Shown piece after piece: positions 12,920 through 21,886 of a stretch of DNA of 64,000 bases. Both the position numbers and the translations under genes were made by a program. The notes beneath the pieces were generated by a model. That model made no database searches and was not told the origin of the DNA. It saw only the letters and a list, made by a program, of their open reading frames with translations. The first letter of the stretch is position 1. Each line of letters starts with the position of its first letter. Source of the stretch: Paraspadella gotoi. Taxonomy: Eukaryota; Animalia; Chaetognatha. The stretch is taken from NCBI GenBank assembly GCA_051294375.1, contig CM119263.1:22470833-22534832 (forward strand). Reading direction: 5' to 3'.

Positions 12920-13667
12920 CCCTGGATGAACCCTCAACGTCGGGTCTTCCGTCTTGGGTTGCTCCGTCGGGTGAAATAATTCTCCTCCCTGCGTCCCCCA
13001 CCCAAGTTCCCAAAAAGTTCATCATTTGTTGATAAAAAACGTCACGTGAACCAAAAATTTAAAGCGAGTGGACCGGAAACTGCGTTAGGATCTGATCAGT
13101 GTTTATATTTTAAATTGAAGAGACAGTAATTAGTGATAAGTGTTAATGACAGAACCGTTCAATTTAAGCAGTCCCTGAGCTTCGGACCAGGCTGTAATAC
13201 CATGTTACAGGCGGGTTAAGCGCCCCGTCCCTCTTGACTGCCAGACGACTACCGGGCTAGAACCCCGGACCTTTGGGTTGGGAGGCGAAAGACTTGCCTC
13301 CGGCACCAATGGCCGCTGATGAACGGGCGGTTGATTTTAGTCCATCATAAAATGTGATATATACGTAGATTAAGAATATTAATGTTTTTTTAAAGCTGTT
13401 TAAAGCGGTCAAAAGTAAAATCGAGAGAGAGAGAGATCGAGTTCGAAAGAAAGGCTCATTTGGCGTAAAGAAGGAGAGCAGGAGACTTTTTTCCGTAAAA
13501 TGAGAATTTCAGAGATTCGTGCGTAAAGATGTCGATCGATTGAAAATCCGAAGTCATTATGGAAATACAGATTTCTAAGATTGCACAGTCTTCTGAAGAG
13601 CAAATTGATTAATCCAATCCTAAGTGATTTTTAAAAACTCTTCACCTTCTCCGTTAACCCCCCTCCC

Positions 13668-13699
<32 letters not shown>

Positions 13700-15885
13700 G
13701 TTCTTGGAGACTTTATGTGCGAAAGTGTTTTATGTATAAAAGATAAAAGATAAATGATTATCTCATTTACGACTCTGATAAATAGTACAAAGATCACATA
13801 TATTATTTTGGCTTACGTAAAAGTAATACGATGATGATTCATAGGTCCGTGGACGCCTTTTTTATCATATATATATTATNNNNNNNNNNTACCGCAGAAG
13901 CGAAGAGAGATTTACAATTTTTTATTTCGTTAAAACCATGAACAATTCAAATTATAAATAAATTAGGTCATCCGAAAATTGTTCGCTTGTTGAGTTGTTG
14001 AGGTTATACGTTATATGAACGTCAGTTTAGCCGAGATTTATCCGGAAATAAAGCGGATATTTAAAACCGAGGTGAGCCGCGACGAGGCATCAATTATTTA
14101 TCCTCGTTCTAAATTCACCGAAAAATATCTTTCCCAACGCTTTCACGATCCCACATTCACGGTCGGAGTGAACAAGATTTTAAAGGCGGAATGGGCGTCG
14201 AAAATTCGTGAATTAAATTCGACATTCGATTCACAAACATCAAACTTTAAACTCTTCGTCGTCGTCGGTTCTAAAGAGACAAAATGAAAGGCCATTCAGT
14301 CAGTGAGTTCAACGAACGATTGATGTGAGATCGATGTTCACATTTAATGGTACCCGTGAGATCTCTTTAATACTGTGCGCCGAATTGGTTGGTATGGAAT
14401 TTTTTTTTTCGATGAACTGATCAAATTTGTTATGTGTTAATTGTTATTTGTTATTTGTTAATTTATTTGAATAAATTGTGAAACGTTCTCCTTTCATGAA
14501 ACATCGTGAATCATGTCTTTCTTTAAAATATTCACCTTGAGTAACATTTCTGTAAAAAAATCCCAACTTATAAAATCTTAATTATCATTTTTCCCCTTTT
14601 TTAAATCATCGCGAAAATAAAAAAAATCTTCCCTCCGTCCTGATTTCCTCAAACACCTGTCGACGGCGATGGCGCACAGGTGCAGCGTGGAGGCGGTGCT
14701 GAAGAAGATGTCCGACGCCAACCAGAATTTGCAGAAGATGGGACCGAGCGGCGCCCAGACTCTCGCCGGCGACAGCGTGAGTTGGGAGGCGTTGAAGCTC
14801 ATGGCGAGGATTGCCACGAGAAGATCGCGAAGGCGAGGGACACGATGAAGAACTGGATTTGAGGGGGGGGGTTTGGAGGGAGAAGGGGGTAAAAGGAGAG
14901 GAGGAGGGGAGGGGAGATAAGGAGATAGAGAAGAGGAGAAGAGGAGAGGAGGAATAATAGAGGGAGTAGATAGAGAAAGCGGAACAGAGAGTGGGGGAGA
15001 GATTTAGGGACAAAGTGAGCGGGGACAAAGTGGAGGAGGGGAAAAGTGGGAGAAGTGAAGCAGAAGAGAAGGAGGGAAGAAAGGAAGATTAGAGAGAGAG
15101 AGAAGGAGGTCGTAAAGGGAATAGGAGGGGAGGATAGAGTGAGAAGGGAAAGGAAAAAGGGAAGGGAAGGAAAATGAGTCAAAAATCAAGCGACGACATC
15201 GGAGAGAATCGAAACTCGTGGTTGAGTTCGTGACGCAAGGATGCGCGAAGACTCGAGTCCATGTGAGATACTATGATGGGGATGAAAGGAGGAAGAAATG
15301 GGTGAGAAACACATCTGTAAATATAAGCGAAAAAAATGTAAACTGAGGACGATAGCGAGGAAAGATGGTTGAAAAAAGAGAGAAAAAAAAAAGGAAAATA
15401 ACAAGCGCATCAAAGAAAAAGATAAAAAAATTAGTAGAAATGAAAAGGGAAGAAAAAATAAAGAAGATAGATAAAGAAAGAAAAGAGGAGAAGAAATAAA
15501 AATAGCAAAAGAAGATGGAAAAGGAAAGCGAGGAGAGAGAGAGAAAAGGAAAGAAAAGGAAAGAAAAGGAAAGGCGATTGAGAAGAGAGACGACGGATGC
15601 GTTTCGTTTTCGCTTTCATGTCGAAACCATCGGTTTTAAATCATCGCTATTTCGGGTTCCCATTCGAAGGAACTGGATCTTTCGGATCACCTTGACATCA
15701 AATTAGATCACAGAGATCACTCTGACCCGAACTCCCTTAAAAAGTAAACATCATCACCGCTTGAATTGGCTTTCCCCCTCGGGCCACAAGTTTTCACTTC
15801 CTAATAAACAAAAGGGAAATAAGCGGCTTGCGTTCTATCTTCTCCCTCCACCCACTGCCCACTAAGGTTTGGTCTTTCTTTCTTT

Positions 15886-15977
<92 letters not shown>

Positions 15978-16575
15978 TCCTTTTCAATTTAAATCCATTT
16001 TCTGTATCTATCCATCTATCGATCCCTTTATCTATCCATCTATTCATCCAACTATCCATCCATCTATCAAAAACCCATCCATTGCCCGTTGGGCAATTTT
16101 CTCTCACCCGTCAGTATAATTCCTCTTTTTTTACGAAACGCCCGCAAATGTCTATCATATCCCACCCCCACGGGGCATCCTTTTCCACCCCCACCGTCCC
16201 CCCAAACACTCCGTCAACCCCCCTGATCCCCCCGCCCTCAAAACCACCCACGTTTGTCTTGGACCGCAGCCTCAAGTTCTTGTAGACGGCGAAAATGACG
16301 AGAAGATTGCCGCAGACGCTGGCCAGGATGATGATGAGAAAGCAGGCGGTGATGAAGACGAGCAGCGCCGTCGGCTTCGACGACACCGCGTCCTCGAGAG
16401 GATGGTGGAGGCTGAAGTTGGAGGCGGTGTCGTTGGAGGAGGCGAGGAAGGGAGGAAAGGAGGCGGAGGGGGAGGAGTAGATGGAGGAGGCGGTGCCGCC
16501 CGCCGAGTCGGCCGCGGAAGGGAAATCGTTCGGCTCGCGGGCGATGAAATTGTTTGAAGAATTTATGGTCGTCAT
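7212..16575 (-). CDS. Biogenic amine GPCR (class A), beta-adrenergic-like octopamine receptor-like; six coding exons joined 16575-16252, 14852-14657, 10693-10361, 8167-8062, 7844-7703, 7500-7212
   Basis: Manual splicing gives GT-AG introns with consistent phases (0,2,0,1,2) once the exon 2-3 indels are corrected, and all seven TM motifs: GNLLV (TM1), [12 protein letters not shown] (TM2), [24 protein letters not shown] (TM3, amine-binding Asp), IWVLS (TM4), [12 protein letters not shown] (TM5), [27 protein letters not shown] (TM6), [26 protein letters not shown] (TM7/H8). The Octbeta-like assignment is from recalled motif similarity, not a database search. Confidence 0.93.
7703..7844 (-). CDS. 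GPCR coding exon 5: end of ICL3 and TM6
   Basis: Acceptor tttctccag, [47 protein letters not shown], donor gtgagg (phase 2). Confidence 0.92.
8062..8167 (-). CDS. GPCR coding exon 4: ICL3
   Basis: Acceptor ttcctccag, 106 nt open ([35 protein letters not shown]), donor gtgaga. It supplies the phase 0->1 change needed to join exon 3 to exon 5. Confidence 0.78.
9098..9156. repeat. (GA)n microsatellite (others at ~12485-12530, 12700-12735, 12830-12917, 28315-28445, 29702-29810)
   Basis: Direct inspection. Confidence 0.95.
9715..9764 (+). repeat. 50-bp 3'-end fragment of the same repeat family
   Basis: TATTTATTAAATGAATGGATAATTTTTATATTGGTTGTACCAATTTCATA followed by an A/TAA-rich tail. Confidence 0.6.
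10361..10693 (-). CDS. GPCR coding exon 3: ICL2-TM4-ECL2-TM5 (several extra bases)
   Basis: Acceptor ctcaaag, then YMA[+1][17 protein letters not shown][+1][23 protein letters not shown][+1][38 protein letters not shown][fs][23 protein letters not shown], then donor gtgagg (phase 0). Confidence 0.85.
10800..10891 (-). pseudogene. Degenerate intron-containing tRNA-Tyr(GTA)
   Basis: Reverse complement reads CCCTCGA TA GCTCAGTAGATACAGC GGACTGTA[~23 nt]GTCTTTAGGTTGCTGGTTCGAATCCCCT TCGAGGG A. The 7-bp acceptor stem is perfect and matches the eukaryotic tRNA-Tyr pattern. The D-, anticodon- and T-stems are mismatched and ~3 nt are missing. Confidence 0.75.
13165..13316 (-). mobile_element. tRNA-derived SINE-like element (tRNA-like head 13316-13245 plus body; 3' boundary uncertain)
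   Basis: Reverse complement GCGGCCATTGGTGCCGGAGG (A-box-like)...TCGCCTCCCAA...CCGGGGTTCTAGCCCGG (B-box/T-arm) TAGTCGT, followed by a GC-rich non-tRNA body with the hairpin CTGTAACA-TGG-TATTACAG. Confidence 0.6.
14657..14852 (-). CDS. GPCR coding exon 2: TM2-ECL1-TM3 (one base missing at ~14827)
   Basis: Acceptor atccag, then FFIVSLAFA[-1][57 protein letters not shown], then donor gtgttt (phase 2). Confidence 0.9.
15885..15978. repeat. (TTTC)n microsatellite (also (AAAG)n at ~29066-29183)
   Basis: Direct inspection. Confidence 0.95.
16252..16575 (-). CDS. GPCR coding exon 1: N-terminus (NSS, NDT, NFS sequons), TM1, ICL1
   Basis: MTTINSS...[38 protein letters not shown] followed by donor gtgggt (phase 0). 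A candidate upstream acceptor, ttttcag, has its CAG at 16930-16928. Confidence 0.9.
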
Positions 16576-18089
16576 CTCGGAAGCCCGTGAGGAGGAAGGG
16601 AGGGAGGGAGGGAGGAGGAGGTGGTGGGAGTGGCTGGGGTGGAAGTGTTCGTCGTAGATGGTCGATGGTCGCCTTGTTTAGTCGGTGGTTGTTTTTTGTT
16701 GTTGTTTGTCTTTTTCTGGTAGTTACCGTCGACGACGCTGTGAGTTTCTTCTTTTACGTCATTGCGAGACTTTGTTTGAGAAAAGAATCTTCGATGGTTA
16801 GATGTTGTCTCTGTAAACGTTGTAGTCCTGGCTGTAGTTCTGGCTGTAGTTGTCGCAGTAGTCCTCGCTGTAGTCGTTGCTTTAGTCGTCGTGAATAGGT
16901 TGGGCGATGGTTTTTAATTCGTTTCGTCTGAAAATAGAATTGAAGGAAATTAAATTAAAAAGGAAAGAAAATCAGAAACTTTAATTGGAATCCTTAATTG
17001 AAATTCTACAATCTCCGCGCGGAATAATTAGCCCGCAAAAATCTTTCGGTGCTGTGGTTAAGACCCTTCCGCTCCCCAGAACAAAAAAAATAAATACAAT
17101 AAATAAAAATAAATAAATACAATAAATAAATACATGCCAAATACAAGGCGTAACAATTTCACAACATTTCTCTGAGGCAAAGGATTATTATTTACCCATT
17201 ATATTTCGATTAATCACATTTTTTTTTCTCGTAGTCAGGCGCTGATAACTTAATTTACTTTAATTTGGTTACAACGATATGGTGAAAACCGAAATATCTT
17301 ATGTCGCCAGAAAAATTATCGATTCTTTAAGGTTATGCTATTTTTTGGACGCTACGTAAATTTTCATAGCGAAAAACAGCTTTTTTTTTCAACGACGAAA
17401 AAACTTGGAATATAAACAAAAAATAACGAAGAAGAGAGATTTAAAAAGTTCCTGATCAGAATACGGAGTTGATCAGCGGATCATTTTTAAAAAAAATGAA
17501 TTCATGAAAAAATGGGGAAAACTTAATCTCCGGATCAATTTGAAATTTATGAGGACACGGAGAAAATCTTTTGGAAAAGATAATTCAGATCCTTTCTTCT
17601 TCAAAGCATAAAAACGACGAGGAATGGAGTAATATTTTTTTTTTAAATTCAAGAGACCGAGAGTATAGTGTGTCGCACTGATGATATGTGGATGATATGT
17701 GGATGATATGTGGATATCGCACACGGCTAGTGTGCCAACTGCTCAAAGAGTCCGGGAGACGTTGCCGAATTTAGTAGTTTATCTCAATTGATAGTAATAC
17801 CTTAACACAATCACACACAATTCGACCTCGGATACAAATTGATGAATTAAATTGTCGCTATTTCGTTTTTAACTTAAAAAAAATGACCTTGAATCAAAAG
17901 CAGGAAATGAAAAAAATGAGGCGATCGTAAAGCAAAAGGAGGCGAAACGAGGAAAAACATCAAGGTCACACGCGCTTCTATTTATTTCCGTTAGACGCCA
18001 AAAAAAGAAAAAAAAAGAAAAAGAAGTTTTGACGTTGACGGTCGAATTCTCTTTGATTTCCGTGATTGGCGGCGATTCGTTCGAGAGAA

Positions 18090-18420
18090 TCGGGGATTGG
18101 CTCTTGGGATAGGAGCGGGAATTGGTTTTAGGGAATCAAAGCGGTGATTGGTTCTAGGGAATCGAAGTGGGAATTGGTTTTAGGGTATCTAAATGGAGAT
18201 TGGTTTGGGTATCGGAGCGGTGATTGATCTGGGGATCACAACGGGGATTGGTTAGGGGGGTTGGAGGGATTGGTTTGGGGATATAGATGTGATTAGTTTG
18301 AGGTATTTGAGCGGTGATGGTTGGAGGTACTTGGTATGAGGAAAAGGTTTGAGTGATCAAATCAGTTATAGGTTTGGGGAATTAAAGCGGGGAATTGTTT
18401 GGGGGATCGGAGCGGGTCTG
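18090..18420. repeat. Degenerate ~25-bp tandem repeat (GGGATTGGTTTGGGGATCGGAGCG-like)
   Basis: ATTGGTT/GGGAT/GAGCG motifs recur with ~25-nt periodicity. Confidence 0.65.
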
Positions 18421-21287
18421 GGGTTCGCCTTTTTTTTCTCCGACCATTTTCGTCTGAGTCTTAACGAGGTCAGGACAGATGGCGGGTACGACATTCTCTC
18501 CACTCTAAAACTCATCCATCATTCATTTCTTTTTCCCTTCGATTTTTTTCCGTCGATTTATGTTCGATTTCGCGCCGAATGAGAGAAAAAAAAACAATGA
18601 AAAAAAAATTATATGTATATATCAGTAATTATCTAGGCACGGATCGTCGACCGAGGCCACAAAGGGCGAAGACAAATGATTCGTCGTGTTCTAAAATATA
18701 TGATGTCTACAGAAATATAGTTTGTTAAAATGAAAATAATATTGTTAGCGAAAAAAATCGATCGCTCCTTCAATCAATTTTCGAATATTTTTTCATTATT
18801 CGTTTTGAATTAGAGTTTATGGTTGCAACATAGTTTATTCACTATTCATTTAATACTGTCTTCTTTATTTTATCTCTTTCTTCTACTATATTCTTATGTG
18901 CCCAAAAAAATGTACAGGTATGCGACTCGAAATTCCCGCAAATTCCTTGTCCCATCCTTCGCCTTCACGCTTCTTTGCATTTATCGGCCTGGGACTCCCT
19001 TGGTTCAAAAATTCTGTAGATTCGGATTTTTTTTTCATGACGACTCGACACTCATCCCACCTGGGACCCGTTTTGTTACTCACTCGCCCATGACCCTACC
19101 TATAACTGATGGGGCCGAGAGAAATGACATCTTCTCATCACTCCTCATTCACAGACGACGTTTTCCAAACCGTCGTCACCCGGACAACCACATTTACCCA
19201 CCACCCTCATGAACTCATCTCTCTCCCCGGGAGAGCTCGTTGGCGAAGTTAATGGCCCGAGATAAGGGGGAAAAACCCTGTTTCTAGTTTTTACGAATTC
19301 CGCTTTTAACGAAGTCCAACGACTCCGTTATCTCTGTTGAAGAAGTCTTTTTTTTTTTTCGAGCGCTCTCAATTTTAATATTCGGACTTTGATTCCGCCA
19401 TTTTTTTATCGTTAGGGGCGACCTCTCGGGAGAAAAATCTAGGGTGACGACGAAGACGACGAAGACGATGTCGATAGGCGCTGAAATCGATGCGAAATCG
19501 CGGAGATTTTGCAAGTCGTTGTCCTTGTACAATGTACATGGGTCCATGGGTCAGAAACTTACGCAATTTGCTGAGCGCTACTCCTAAAGTCCTAATATTC
19601 GTATGTAAATGTAAAGAAAAAAAAAGATACTCAACGAACGACGCGAACGAAAGCGTTTTCCCTCCAAAAATTCGTTTTTCTTTCGTTCGACTTTGTACTC
19701 GAATCGGTGGGAGGAAGTCTTAAAAAAAGGGGAACGCAACGCGGACCGATTGCTCGGGGCTTCATGAAGTGAAGAAAATGGGTTGAACTCTGACCTCTCG
19801 CGAGTCGAATTTGTGACTTTAGCGAGCGGAAGAAGAAAGCAAAAAGGAAATCTAGTTGAATATAATCATAAACCTAAACAAACCAATAACAGCTACGTAT
19901 AACCTTGTCAACATATTTTTGACGGCGACGTTTGCAAACCGTTTTACTCAAATACGCATTCCCGGAAAATCGAAGCGCAAGTAGACAATACAAGTGAAAA
20001 AAAAAGAACAATGGAGGGTTTTCGTATCAAATTAGTTTATTCGCTTTCCCTCGCCAACTGTCGCTTTTCCCACAGAAAAGTCAACGATTAGGGCTTCAAC
20101 CAATCGCGAATTGACAAAAACTGTGAGGCGACAATTGCAATTGCAACTACAACTGCAATAAAACGCTCATTGCTTGACAAATATCACATGACAAAACATT
20201 AATCATAAAAGATATTCTTCCGCCTCTCAAAAAAAAATAGAAAGTTTTTCGTCTTTGGTCAAGATTGGGTCATTTTCTTCGCCAACGTAATCCTGGTCTA
20301 TTTTCGTATCGCGACGGTTTCCTCAACTCGACCACGGACCAGATTTTCCGCCCAGAACTTACTGCCAACTGCCCACTTCCAACTGCTCACTTCCAACTGC
20401 TCAGTGTTCAGTCCCCGATCTCTAAGTCCCCGCTCGATCCCAAACCGAAAATTCCCCGACCGAGCCGACCCCGTTCCCCTTTTCCTTTCCGCATCTCCGA
20501 TTTCCAGTCTTGGGCGACGAGTCTCACCTGACAACTTTCCCAGTCCCCCAGTCCCCATCTCTCTCTGATCCCCCCCTATCCCTGAGTCCCCGCGCTCGGA
20601 AGGCCAAAAAAGCCCGGGGAATAAAACCGTCGCGATGTTAATGGCGCTGATTTATGGGGAATCGGTCCTCGGAGATTCGAAGGCGGCGCCGATCGACGCC
20701 GCCTGTTGCCAGCGGCGTCGGCCGGTGATCGTCGGTCAACAAGTTTTATGGACATCGTTGCGTCTCTCTTTTTATTCCTTGGAATCGCATTAGCGATGGG
20801 TTATTGGTTTCCGGGTTAAGAATTCAAATTCTTATTTTCTTCTTATAAGAACTAGGTCAGAAAACCTTAGCAGCTAACGTAAATCATTAGATAATAAAAA
20901 TTCGACTAAATTACCATTTTCCTTTAAATACAAAATTTGAACATAGAGTATTTTTGAACGACACAAGAAAAAGAATTGATTTAAAATCAATGTGCTATTT
21001 AGCGAGGAAGTCTTGACGAATAAAACGTCCCCGAGAATGGTGAAAATAATGAAGAGAATAAAGGAAAGAACATTGAAGAGAATAATGAAGCGAATAATCA
21101 AGAGAATAATCTAAAGAATAATCAAGAGAATAATGGAGAGAAATTATCCTCCCCAGAAGTTACCCTTCTTCCCTCCCTCACCCCATTTCTCATCCCATCT
21201 TGAAATCTTCTTCAAATCGAGTCGGATGAACGACTTTTTTTTTCCGCCTACGCATTGAAACCGAAGTCGCTTCCTTCTCTCGCAAAC

Positions 21288-21886
21288 ATCCCTTATCAAC
21301 TCTTTAATCCCTCATTCTTAGTCCCCAATCCCTTATCAACTCTTTAAACCTTCATCCTTAGTCCCCTATCCCTTATCTACTCTTTAATCTCTCATCCTTA
21401 GTCCCCTATCCCTTATCTACTCTTTAATCCCTCATCCTTAGTCCCAATCCCTTATCACTCTTTAATTCCTCATCCTTAGTCCCAATCCTTATCACTCTTT
21501 AATCTCTCATCCTTAGTCCCAATCCCTTATCTACTCTTTTAATCCTTATCCTTAGTTCCCTATCCCTTATCTACTCTTTAATCCTCATCCTTAGTCCCTA
21601 ATCCCTTATCAACTCTTTAATCCCTCATCCTTAGTCCTCAATCCCTTATCTTAACTCTTTAATCCCTCATCCTTAGTCCCCAATCCCTTATCTACTCTTT
21701 AATCTCTCATCCTTAGTCACCAATCCCTTATCAACTCTTTAATCCCTCATCCTTAGTCCCCAATCCCTTATCAACTCTTTAATCCCTCATCCTTAGTCCC
21801 CTATACCTTAAAAACTCTTTAATCCCTCATCCTTAGTCCCCTAACCCTTATCAACTCTTTAATTCCTCATCCTTAGTCCCCAATCC
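21288..21886. repeat. 40-bp minisatellite, ~15 copies (ATCCCTTATCAACTCTTTAATCCCTCATCCTTAGTCCCCA)
   Basis: Direct inspection of the tandem units. Confidence 0.95.

Noticed and set aside
13281-13330. GAAA...CTGATGA arrangement suggesting a type II hammerhead
   Set aside because: Stems II and III cannot form. The region is better explained as the reverse strand of a tRNA-like SINE head.
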